A stretch of 59,988 bases of DNA, counting the filler, from Jimgerdemannia flammicorona (taxonomy: Eukaryota): NCBI GenBank assembly GCA_003990765.1. It is 3 parts of 3 records of this genome, joined end to end, with 100 filler letters (N's around TTAATTAATTAA, not from the genome) between each part and the next. Parts side by side here need not be neighbours in the genome. Positions count along the whole stretch, not along the records: positions 1 to 19,936 come from RBNJ01001801.1; 2 more parts are not named here. The stretch is one strand, 5' to 3'. Positions 1 to 11,700 of the stretch are shown in pieces. The notes beneath the pieces were generated by a model that had not been told where the DNA came from, made no database searches, and was given only the letters and a program-made list of their open reading frames with translations. Made by a program: the position numbers and the translations under genes. Position 1 is the first letter of the stretch. Every line of letters begins with the position of its first letter.

Positions 1-3000
1 AAAAAAAGAGATGATGCAATCAATGGTGATGTCATCAAAGACTATCCAAATAGTGCCTAAACCTATAAATAGCCTAGCAGTCATAGTATAGTTAGATTAG
101 TATTGTACGACATGACTGTGAACTGACTCAGCAGTCAGATGATCTCTTAACATATCAGATCACACTTGTACTATGTGACTACATTCCGATTTAGTAAAGC
201 ACTTAGTGCTACATCTATATCTAGCATAGTCCAGATAGCCCCTCACTAGTATAAATACCCCCTCCCCCAGACCTCAGAATCACAGACTCGAACACATAAG
301 AACATTCCTGAATACTTCCCCATAATATCCCTTCACACAACTACTCCTAGTCTAGCAATATCATGAATAGCAAATAAACCTATTCAATAACCCACAAACC
401 ACTCTTAAGTAAATCCACTACCCATTAGGTCCACTCCTAACCTCGTCACGAAATTTCCTAATTGGGTATTGTCTGCAGCAATATGCCGATTCAACTAAGC
501 TGGTCTTAGTTTCTTGAACTTCCTGAAATATGGGGAATCCTGAACATCCAGAACTAGTCCGAAAAAGGACTTTGGTTGAGACATCAACCCAATCTTGCAA
601 TCAATAAGCATAGAGGACATACTTCATATGAAATTGATCTTGACCATAAGAAAACGGTCTTCCAGAATATCCAGAACTTCCAGAAAACCCTTCCAGAACT
701 ACATAATGGTTACCCTAAAAAGCAACCCTCTTACAACTTGGTAGCAGCAGTTTACAATCCAATTCTGCTTCAAGATGCTTCCTCACCCTGCTACAAACCC
801 TTCCGAGAATTTCTACAAGTTAGTATAAAGCCCAACCTCTGAACTGGAATTAATCCTGAACCATCTGACAATCTGGAGAGAATTGAACCTGATGTACAAG
901 GACAATTTGACCTCCACACCTGCAACAAGTGGGATAAACTTCATTCAAAGAAAGAAGTACTCTGGTTAAACCAGCAAATAGGTGAAACCTTATTCACCAA
1001 ACTCCTTGTACTACAACCAGCAAGTCAAGATGAAGAAGGTCTTATTGAAGTCTTCTTTACTCTTCTCAATAAGAGTTTTGTCAGCTCCACAAATCCAAGC
1101 GACCTAGGACAACCAGCAGCAGTCTTTCTAGCCTTAGTTCCTCATGAAGCCCAAGCCTCTGTGGCCAAGTGGCTCAACTCTACCAACTTTCACCACACCA
1201 GGACCAAAACTGCCTTATACTACCGATTCCAGAACAGCAAGGCCTGCCATATCCTTAAAGAAGAAGCAAGAGAAACCCTTCATCAACTACCTAACCCCAA
1301 ACCTGAAGCAGGCCCTGCTACAGCCCTACCTGAATCTGAAACCAATACTGAACCTGAACTTGACTTTGAATTAAGTCCGTCTGAAATCAGATATACAACT
1401 AATTCTGTGTACTTTGACACCAAGCAAACCCAATTATACGGGGACTAAACCGAAGAAGAGGAGGAGTATCTCAGTGAATTCGATCCCAGATATACCACCA
1501 AAGGAGAAGTACCTCCATCAGGACAGAATACACCTACATAGCAACAAACAGTTATCTATCAAGCCCTCACTCCAGATCCACAACTACTACTCCAACAACT
1601 TACGCAGACCCAAAGAACCCCATCACACTCTGCACCAGTACCTCAAGTAGTACCAGTAACACCACTACCAGCAGTCCAAGCACCTCCAGTAAACAACATG
1701 GTGAACTAACAGATTCTAGACCTTACAGCCCAGGTAGCCATAATGGCAGCAACCATTACTACCTTAGCTGAACAGACCCGACCTACCAAAAATCTGAGCC
1801 TACCTACCTTCAATGGTACTGCACAAGAAGTCCAAAGCTTCATTAGTATAGTTGATACCAACTTTGAAGCCAATCAATGGACTAATGAGCGAGTTGCTGA
1901 CTGCATTCTGACAAACAATCAAGACCACACCCTGGAACAACTCTTTGCTACCACTACAGCCTATGTCCGCTGAGTTGTTACATTCTTCCGAGGACCTGCT
2001 GAAGAATGGTGGTGAACCCTTCCTGAAAAACCCCTCACATGGGATACCCGATCTGCAGTAGTTGCCCAGAATGCAGCAAATAATGCCCCAGGATACGGAG
2101 CCCATCCTGCAGCCCCTGGACTTAAACAACTCATGATTGCTCAATACCGCAGTGAAACCATGATTGCTGAATCTCTTTTTTTTTTTTTTTTTTTTTATAG
2201 TTACTTGGACTCATGATTGCTGAATCTCGAGTAAAACTGCATAACCTCAAATTTGATGTACATGGCAAAGAAGAATTTGAAACCTTCTGTACAAAGCTCA
2301 AGTCACTCCTGAATACTGTTGGCCTAGGATACATTGCCAATGATGAAGCATGAAATAGTACAAGAGCAGACCATTTATTCGATGCCCTGCCTGAATGGCT
2401 TACTAGAAAAATCTGAGAACAAGGCTGCCCAGTTGGTTGTGATCACCAACAATGGTGCCTGGCAAGAATCAAGACTATGGTCAAGCAAATCCTAACAGCT
2501 GGACCAATTCTGCCCCGAAGGCAATTCAACAATAAGAAAAAGACTTGGACCAAGAAAGAAGAACCCAAGTATAAAGCATCTCGAGCTCCCTCCACATCCA
2601 CCTCTTAGACACTCAGAAATCATGAACCCACCCAACCAAGTATCTTCAAGAAACTTACTGAAGGTGAAAGGAATGAACTTCGAAGAAGTGGAGCATACTT
2701 CTATTGCCGAAAGACAGGACACATGGCCAGTGCCTGCCCTAACCGAAAACTCCGAACAGCAACATGAGCAACTATTACCACTCTTCACCACCTCAACAAC
2801 CTGACCACCAGAACACTGAACTTTGTCAAGTTAAGACAAACTGCTAAGGCCCCAACCAAAGGAAGTCAAAAAGCAGCCGGATATGACCTGTATGCCACCG
2901 AAGAAGCTACAGTTTCTAACCGAGAAGTCAAACAAGTCTATACAGGAATCAGTATCCAAATCTCTGAAGGACATGTTGGAAGAATATGCTGTCACAGCAG

Positions 3001-3481
3001 CCTAGCATTGAAAGGACTCTCAGTAGAAGGAGGAGTCATTGATGAGAATTACATAGGCGAAATTATTGTCCTCATTCGAAACCACAGTTGGACACCCTTC
3101 AAGATCCCTACTGGCTTCTGCATCGCCCAGATCCTATTCGAAAAAATTGAGTCAACCCTGATAGTTAAGGAAGTCCCTGAACTACTACCCACCATCCGAG
3201 GATCCAAAGGATTTGGCTCATCAAACAAGGTCCCAGTCCAACCTACCATGAGCAAAGAAGAATAATTCTATAAGAAGATAGAAGATGGATATATACCAAG
3301 TGGCCAATGCCCTCATAGTATTGGAATGTACTCTTCCCGAATGATTGATGATTGCTTCTCTTGTGTCAACGAACTGGCTCAAAGAAGAACCAATAGAAGA
3401 AAGGCTCCTACAACTGAAATCACCACAATTGGATCAGACAAACTGCTCACCCTTAAGACTTTTATCAATGGAGCATCTGTC
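1..3481 (+). mobile_element. Ty3/gypsy family A, copy 1 (partial 5' LTR 1-735, PBS, gag, zinc knuckle, dUTPase, start of protease; cut by LINE insertion)
   Basis: Colinear with the reverse complement of the full-length copy. LTR ends TTACA at 735, followed by ACT-TGGTAGCAG. Zinc-knuckle remnant and dUTPase (AGYDL...RGSKGFGSS) at ~2820-3225. Similarity stops at ~3481, just before the protease DSG motif. Multiple C>T stop codons. Confidence 0.93.
2176..2211 (-). mobile_element. Extremely 5'-truncated poly(A) retroposed insertion (15 nt + A21) with 17-bp TSD
   Basis: CATGATTGCTGAATCTC is duplicated at 2159-2175 and 2212-2228 around T21-ATAGTTACTTGGACT. The sibling copies (~13395-13411, ~23900-23916) have a single uninterrupted site. 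Confidence 0.85.
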
Positions 3482-3562
3482 CATCTTTCTCCAGTAACAT
3501 TCAGGTTACACAATCTTTTGGCAACACTTTTGACGCAGTTTCTAGAGATAAGCTACTAGTAT

Positions 3563-5605
3563 CATGGCTACCGATGAGAATCCTGAGGTGTGTACTAGGC
3601 AGGGTGGCCCTGGAGTGTTTGGATGGTAGCATATGGGGAGAGGACCTGGCTTGGGGAGAAGCATGAGGGGCCTGCTGGCAGGAGGATGTGGTGGAGGAGG
3701 AGGCAGGGCTGGAGGGCAAGGGTCTGCTGGCAATAATGGGGGAAGATCCGGGTTCCCAAGCTTCGTGGACAAGGTCAAGGGGAGTGGGTGGCCTGCTGGT
3801 AATAGGGCTAGTGCTGCTGAGGGGAAGGGCAAGGTGAGCCTAGGGAGGGGGGGTGGTGCTCTGGCTGGGAGTGCAGGAGTAGGGGCTGGAGGGGCGGTGG
3901 CTGGGGGTGTGACTGTTGATGGGGGTGTGATGGGGAATCAGGAAAAAAAAGAGATGTAATGGCTGATGGCCAGGTGGAGCAGGGGGTCCCAATACGGAAG
4001 GGGGACCTGGCCGATGGTGTTACGGGGCTGGCGGTGGCACTGTTACTCAAGAAGTCGATCTCGGAGTTTACAGTGACTCTGTGCTTCTAAGGCTTAGGGG
4101 TGACGGCAAGGATGGTCTTGGGGCTTATCTCGAAGCAGGTGGCTGAGGCAGCTTCGGTAAAATTCCTGAAGGGTCTGGAGGGAGTTGAGGTGGGCTTTGA
4201 GGAGGCAGGTCCACTGGAAGAGGCGCTGAGGGCAGGAGTGGCAGTTGGCAAGGTGGTGGTCTCTATGATACGCTGTTTGAGGTAGGACCCCAGGGTGGTG
4301 CAGCTGCTGGTGAAGGGGGTGCCCACAGTGACGAAGGAGGAGACGAGGAGAAAGGTAGAGGAGGTGATGGCGGAGTATGGAGATGTGGTGGATATTGGCT
4401 TCCAGGTGTGGGAGGGGATGACGATCAGAACTGGCGATGTTGATGTCAGGATTTGGCTGGCAGGGAGGGAGGCCACAGGGAAGGCTGGTGACTAGCCCTC
4501 AGTATTGATGTGGGGGGCCTTCATTTGTAAGGTGTCGAGGGTGAAGGGGAGTGAGAAGGAGGAGGAGGATTTGTTGGAGGTATTGGAGGAGATGAGTGGT
4601 GCAGTGGAGTGGCAGGCAAAGGCCTGGAAGCTTTATGAGGAGTCGATGCACTTGGAGATTGTGGAGGGGAAGCGTATCCACACTGACAAGAGGCAGTGGG
4701 AGTGGGCTCAGGGGCACTTGAGACAGAGGGAGCTCTTGGCGAGTATGACTGGAGGGGAGAAGAGGAAGGTTGATGGGGCTGAAGGGTCTGGAGGTGCCAA
4801 AGCCAGTGTATGGGCTAGCAAAGGTAGCAAGGAGCCAGTGGTGACAGAAGAATGGGCTATGAAGGTACTGGGCAGGGATCCCTATGCAGATGGTACTTTC
4901 GAGATCTGGGAGGAGGAGTTGGATGGTACCCCCCCCCCACTTATCAGGAGGGGCCCGGTGGGGTGGAGAGGGGCAGCGGAAGATGTACCGATGAAGGGGG
5001 CCCAGCGGGTTACCTTTGGGGTCCCAGATGTGGCGAAAGGGGGCCAGATAGTAGCTGTTAGTGAGGACGAGCTAGTGGACATCCCAGAAGAGGAGTGGAA
5101 TGAGGATGCCAGTGTGGGTGTGGATACTACAATACTGGATGTAGGGCAGCCAGGAACCCCTGGAGGGAAGGAGATCGGGAATCTACTGTGGATGAGTAAG
5201 GTGATAGATAACCTTGCAGCTGAGGAGTTGGGGGAAGTGGATCTGAGGGTTATGCCAGAGGAGTACTGGGTACAGATTCTGCGAGGTGCAGGAGTGGTGG
5301 AGGCACTGCAGATGGAGATTCTTACAATACTGCTGGAGGAAGAGGGTTATGAGGTAGATGAGGTGAGGAGGGTGGAGCTGGTGGTTGTTGCGGGTGAGCG
5401 GGCAGTCTACTGTTGGGCAGAACGCCATAGTTTGCAGTTCTGACAGGAGGCCTGTAGGGAGTATAGGGAGAACTTTGAGGAGAAAGAGGATGGGGCAATG
5501 GTTGAACTTCTGGAGGGATAGGAGGCACAGGGAACTGAGAGGAAGGAACTAGCTGCAGGACATGACTTGGATTTGGCATAGGTGGACTTGAGTGTAGATT
5601 TGTAG
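3563..5605 (+). pseudogene. LINE ORF1 (degenerate, several stops)
   Basis: G/E/V-rich coding-like frames (including 4100-5443) between the LINE 5' end and the ORF2 start; assigned by position. Confidence 0.65.
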
Positions 5606-5636
5606 AGGAGAGGTTTAATCTTTAACAATATTCCTC

Positions 5637-6237
5637 ATGAACAGTACAACTAACATTTTCTTGCTCAATGTGAATGGTCTTCGAGGATCTGGGTGGTGTA
5701 AGAACATTTTTACTTGGCTAAAGGGATTGGAGGCTGATCTCTTTTTACTGCAGGATGTACGGTGTAAGGATGAAGATGATCAGGTGGAATGAACTAAGGA
5801 ATGGGGTGGGGCTACTGCTTGGTTTGGAAAGGTGGTGATTCTGTTGAAGAAGGGTAGAGGAGATTTGGAAGGGATCAAGAACTGGGGATATTGACTGGTC
5901 TGGAGTGAATGGTACCAGCCAGGGTGGGAATCAGTGAGAGTGGGCTCATGCTACTGCCCAGTGGCTAGGGGAGAGAAGATTGCATGGATCAAGGAACCAC
6001 TGGAGGAGGGCATTCTTTTGGAGGATGGGGTCGATGTCCTTGGTGGTGATTTTAACATGGTTCAAGATTTGCAGTTGGATAGGACTGATGGAGGAAGAAA
6101 TGCTGGTGGGAGGAGTGGTGGTCTGGATGCATGGAAGGAGGTGGAAAACCTTAGCTCCTTAGGGGATATGGGCTGAACATGGTGGGGCGATACCAGGGTC
6201 TACACGCACTGGGTGAATGGCTTAGGGACAAGGATTG
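5637..6237 (+). pseudogene. LINE ORF2 AP-endonuclease, 5' part
   Basis: MNSTTNIFLLNVNGLRG, LLQDV, VGSCYCP, LGGDFN; ends at GTRI(D), where the LTR element is inserted. Confidence 0.88.
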
Positions 6238-8311
6238 TGTAAGGGGGTTACTTTTTAGGGTGACCGTTACGTAGTTCTGGAAGGGTTTTCTAGGAGTTCT
6301 GGATATTCTGGAAGACCGTTTTCTTATGGTCAAGATCAATTTCATATGGAGTATGTCCTCTATGCTTATTGATTTCAAGATCGGGTTGATGTCTCAACCA
6401 AAGTCCTTTTTTGGACTAGTTCTGGATGTTCAGGATTTTCCGTATTTCAGGAAGGTCAAGAAACTAAGACCAGCTTAGTTGAATTGGCGTATCGCTGCAG
6501 ACAATACCCAATTAGGAAATTTCATGACGGGGTTAGGAGTAGGACCTAACAAGGAGCAGATTTACTTAAGAGTAGTTTGTGGGTTATGGAATAGGTTTAT
6601 TTGCTATTCATGATATTGCTATACTAGGAGTAGTTGTGTGAAGGAATATTGTGGGGAAGTGCTCAGGAGTTGTGTTCGGATTATTCAAGTCTTTCAAGTC
6701 TGAGATTCTGAGGTCTGGGGGAGGGGGTATTTATACTAGTGAGGGGCTATCTGGACTATGCTGAATATGGATGTAGCACTAAGTGCCTTGCTGAGTCGGA
6801 ATACAGTCACGTAGTACAAGTGTAATCTGACATGTCAAGAGATCGTCTGACTGCTGAGTCAGTTCACAGTCACGTCGTACAAGGCTAATCTAACTATACT
6901 ATGACTGCTAGACTATTTATAGGTTTAGGCACTATCTGGGTAGTCCTCGATGACATCACCATCGATTGCATCATCTCTGGTGAAGTAGTCATCTAGGAAG
7001 AGTGGTTCGCGGATTACTTCTCCTTGTTGGCTAAGATAGTAATACATTGGGACTTCATCTCCATCCCACAGGATAGCATTGTCTGTTTCGTAAGCTGGAT
7101 AAGGTGTTGGTGGGTGAAGGATGGGTGTATTGTCTTTGCTTTCATCGGATTCGCTGTCTGCGTACCTTCTATAGGTTACAGTACTATGAGTCGCAGGGTT
7201 GTAGTAAGCTGGCGGCTGTGGTTCGAGTCGCTCGTACTCAGGTGGTGGGGTTGTTGGTTCGATCTCTAGGGTTGTTTGGAGGTACAGGTTGTGTTCTCCA
7301 GTCTCTTCATTGTAGTTGAAGTAGTCAGGGGTGAATGCGGGTTGGTATTCGTACCAGTGGTCATTGTCCCAATAAGTCTCATATGTAGTTATGAACTGTT
7401 GTAAGTTCATCAGTAAGGTTGGCGGAGTGATCAGGGTTGGCAGAGATTCTTGGCTTGAGGTTATGTCAGCGTCAGAGGGATCATTGTCTTCTGCTTCATC
7501 TTCATCGAAGTGGATTATATTGTAAACGTCCTTCATGGCATATCCGACTTGAGGCATTTGCAGGATATGGTCATCGGGGTGCGGGAAGGTTCTGTCTGTG
7601 GTTTTGACATACTTGAGGTACTTGTGGTTGATTTCTTGTATCATGTCATCGATTTGGCCATAGGACAGGGTAGTAACCATTTTGCTGATAGTGACTCGGA
7701 GGCGGGAAATAAAGGTATTGTACTCATAGAAGAGTTCTCGATGTTTGCGGGCGATAAGCTTTTGGTGTTGAGACATCTGGGTAGTATCTGTATTGTGGTG
7801 GTGTTCGACCATATCTTCTAGGAGGCGGCCGATCTGGTAGTAGCTTGAGATTTGTCCGATTCGGTGGGCCTCGCTAAGCATGTTCAGGGCATTCCATCAG
7901 GCTTCCACAAAGTAGAGGGGTGCCAGGCTATGGATATTCATGAGGGGCAGAGGGGGTGTGGCTCGGTTGACAATGGCATTCCAAATGTCAGCACGGATAC
8001 AGTTGTAGATCTCGGTGGTCATGTTTGTGTATTTGGAAGTTGTGGTTGTTGTTTGTTTTGGTTTTCTGATTTGACGCATCTTGGTGCTCGGTATATATGC
8101 ATTTGGTCCTGATTGGTAAGGTTCCGTTTGTATAGATCTTGTGTTCTGTGACTTCGTATTGACTCAGCTTTGTGTGCTGTGACTTCGGTTTGACTCAGCT
8201 TCGTGATCAAGCAGGTGATTTCCAGATTTGTTCGGAGGTCGTGTGTGATTTCAGTGGCTTTGTTCAGAGGGTGATGTGTAATTTCGGTGGCTTGGAGGTT
8301 GTGCGCTTACA
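6238..8311 (-). repeat. 3' LTR of family A (2074 bp)
   Basis: TG...CA termini; preceded on the minus strand by the PPT AAGAAGGGGAGAGT; near-identical to 14835-16899. Confidence 0.96.
6925..8022 (-). CDS. LTR(U3)-encoded accessory protein, family A (318-aa open part 6925-7881; 365 aa if the TGA at 7897-7899 is read as CGA)
   Basis: The long ORF is kept in both LTRs. The single upstream stop sits at a different codon in each LTR, so the consensus is open from MTTEIY. The ORF ends just before a TATAAATA motif. Confidence 0.75.
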
Positions 8312-8325
8312 ACTCTCCCCTTCTT
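8312..8325 (-). other. Polypurine tract (AAGAAGGGGAGAGT)
   Basis: Purine run abutting the 3' LTR; the same motif occurs at 25857-25870 in copy 3. Confidence 0.9.
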
Positions 8326-8739
8326 AGCTTTCGACGTCCTCGTCAGGGCCTTCTAATTTGTTCTAGTGTTGTTACACCATTTGGGAGGTCAAAAGTCTGG
8401 TAAGGTCCATTTTTCTCAGAAAGTGGCATGCTCGTAGTATAGTTGCCTAATGTGTTGGATTCACACATTAAAGGGTCGTGTGTTTAATGCCATGCACCGG
8501 AAGTGATTCTGATGTCGTTCACTGCTGGAGAATTTCCTCTAAGGAATCTTCTTAAATATCTATGCCTCGTTTCCCACCAGTGGTACAGAGAGAATAGGCT
8601 TGCTTTCAGTTTTGCTATTTTTTCCAGAGATTCAGTAGTCTTGTCTTGTTTTGCTGAGTTCTCAACTTGGTTCGTGATAGTTATAATGTTCAGGAGGATA
8701 ATATATAGTATGTACGGATAGGTGCAGAGTTTTTTGGTT

Positions 8740-11700
8740 CTAGTTGTTCAAGAAATCATATTCCTGAACTAGGTCAGTAGTATTCTGGAGATTGGTCTTG
8801 GGTTCCCAGGTTGCATCATGGATTGGGTAACCTTTCCATTTGACAAGGTACTCAGGATGGTTCTTGTTGCCACGTTTGTTGAGGATTTGTTCAACTTCAT
8901 ATTCTTCTTGGTCATTAATGATGACAGGTGCAGGTGGTTTGGTGGTCCGATTTGGAAATAGCTCATCATCATTGTCATTGTATCGCTTGAGACGTTGAAC
9001 ATTAAAGACTGGGTGAATCTTAATGGTATCTGGTAGTGCCAGTTTGTAGGAGGTTTGAGAGACTTATGCAATGACTTCAAATGGTTCAATGAACTTGCTG
9101 TTCAGCTTTGTGGATGGTCTGTGCTTGAGGTTATCAACTCGGTATCCTCTGATGTCTAGTAGAACTTTTTCTCCAATATCAAAAGTTTCTTCTCGGCGGT
9201 GTTGGTTAACATACTGTGACTGTTGTTCTTGAGCTCGTGATAAATTCTCAATTGCGATCTGGCTTAGATTGCGTATTCGGAGTAGGAATTCTTCAACAGC
9301 TTCGACTGTGGAGGGTTCTTCAGTAGTTCGGGTAAGTGTCAAAGGGGTGTTCGGGTTTTGTCCAGTATTAGCAAAGAATGGGGTCATTCCAAGAGAGGTT
9401 TGCTTGCTATTGTTATAGGCAAACTCGACTGTAGTGAGATGTTCATGCCAATCATCTTGTCTGTAGGAAACATAGTTCCTTAGCATTTGTTCCAGAGTTC
9501 GGTTCATTCTTTCGGTTTGGCCATCAGTTTCAGGGTGAAAGGCTGTGGATAGTGCAAGTTTCATTCCAAGGTATGCATGGAGGGTTTTCCAAAAGTGGCT
9601 GGTGAATTTCGGATCTCGGTCACTAACAATGATCTTGGGAAGACTATGATAGCGGAAGATGTTGTCAAACAAAAGTGTGGCTATGTCTGGTGCTGTTGCA
9701 GTAGTGGTAGTAGGTACAAAGTGGGCTTGTTTGCTGAGATAGTCCACAAAGACAACAATTGCATCTTTTCCGTTCTTGGTTCGGGGTAGTTGTACAATGA
9801 AGTCCATAGAGATTTGTTCCCAATTTGCAGATGGTACTGGAATAGGGTGGAGTAAGCCAGGTTTTGCTAGTGTTGAGGACTTGTTTCGTTGGCAGGCATC
9901 ACAGGAAGTGATATAGGTCTTGAGCTGATCTGCCATGCAGGGCCAATAGAAGTTTCGGGAGATAACTTCATAACATTTATCAAATCCTAAATGTCCAGCT
10001 GTAGGGGCATCATGACATTCGAATAGGATAGTCCTTCGGAGGTCTCGGTTGTTTGGAACATACAATCTGTCCTTGTAGTAGATAGCATTGTCCTTGAGTT
10101 GGTATTGATTGTACCGGGTATGCTTGTCGGTATCATCATTGTTCTGGATTTCTTGGAGTGCTTGAGCTTCTTTATCATCAACACATGCTGCGATGATTTG
10201 TTCCATGATAGTGTTGGTAACCAAGGTCAGAGTTTGGATAACTTCTTCAATTGGTGGTCTGGAGATTGCATCGGCAACGATGTTTTCCTTGCCAGAGTAG
10301 TACTGGATTTCATAGTCAAAGTTGGTGAGGACTTTCATCCATCTAGCTTGCTTTTGAGAAAGGGTAGCCTGTGTCTTGATGTTGACTAATGACTTGTGGT
10401 CAGTCAATATAGTGAAGTGTGCTCCTTCTAGATATGGTCGCCATTTGATCAGAGTGTCTACGATGGCTAGCATTTCCTTTTCGTGAGTTGCGTAGTTGAT
10501 TTCAGCATCGTTGAACTTGCGGGAGTGATAGGCCACAGGGTGTCCTTCTTGCATGAGCACTGCTCCAAGAGCTAGGTCAGAGGCATCAGTGGTGACTTCG
10601 TATAGTAGGGCAGGGTTTGCCACTTGAAGTACTGGTGTGGTTATCAGGACATCTTTCAGTACTTGAAAGGCGGTATCTTGTTCGGGTCCCCAATTTACAA
10701 GATTGTTGAAGTCTTTTTCTTGTTTCATGGTCCAAGGTTGTTCTTGTTTCTTGCTGTGCTTGGTCATTTGGGTGAGGGCAGTAGCGATTTTGGCAAAGTT
10801 GGCAACAAATCGCCTGTAATAGTTTGCTAATCCCAGAAATGATTGGAGGTCTTTCAGCTTCTTCAGTCTGGGCCAATCTTTGATTGCAGAGATTTTGCTG
10901 GGGTCCACTTTAATTCCATTCGGAGTAACAATGTGTCCAAGGAATTGAATTTCTTTCAGGAGAAATTCGCACTTGCTGAGTTTTGCAAAGAGATGGTTTT
11001 CTCAGAGTTTCAGTAGTACTAGTTCAAGGTGTTCAAGATGTTCCTCTAGGGTTTTGCTGAAGACTAGGATGTCATCAATGTAGACAACAACGAATTTGTC
11101 CAGGTATGGATACAGAATGGTATTCATCAGTGTCTGGAAGGTTGCTGGAGCATTAGTTAAGCCAAAGGACATAACCAGGAACTCGAAGTGTCCGTAGCGA
11201 GTTCGGAAAGCTGTCTTGTAGATGTCTTCTTCTTTCATGGCAATTTGCCAGTAACTATTTCACAGGTCAAAAGAGCTCATGAATTGTGGGTTGGTAAGTC
11301 TATCGAATATTTCATCGATCCTCAGTAGTGGGCAACAGTTCTTGATGGTCTGTTTATTGAGATCGCGGTAGTCGATGCACATTCGTAGGTCTCCTCCTTT
11401 CTTGACAATGAAGAGGACTGGTGCACCATAGGGTGATACGTTGGGTCTGATGAATCCTTATTCTAGGAGTTCGTCGATTTCCTTCTTGAGTGCATCAATT
11501 TCTCTCAGAGACATGTGGTAGATTGACTTGAAGGCTGGTTTGGCATCTGGAATAGTCTTGATGGCATGATCTACTGCTCGTTTCGGAGGTAGGCCTTTTG
11601 GGAGCTTCTTTGAGAATATGTCTCGGAATTTCTGGAGTAGTGATCTGACATGGCTGTCAACTTTGGAAAAATCCTCTTCAGAGTTCTCGGGTTCTCCTTT

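Noticed and set aside
6925..7881. LTR ORF as an env gene
   Set aside because: No signal peptide, transmembrane segment or furin site is visible; the protein is hydrophilic and acidic.
7024..8112. Plus-strand ORFs repeated in both A LTRs (e.g. 7510-7821 and 16098-16409)
   Set aside because: They recur only because the LTRs are duplicates, and are antisense to the longer minus-strand ORF.
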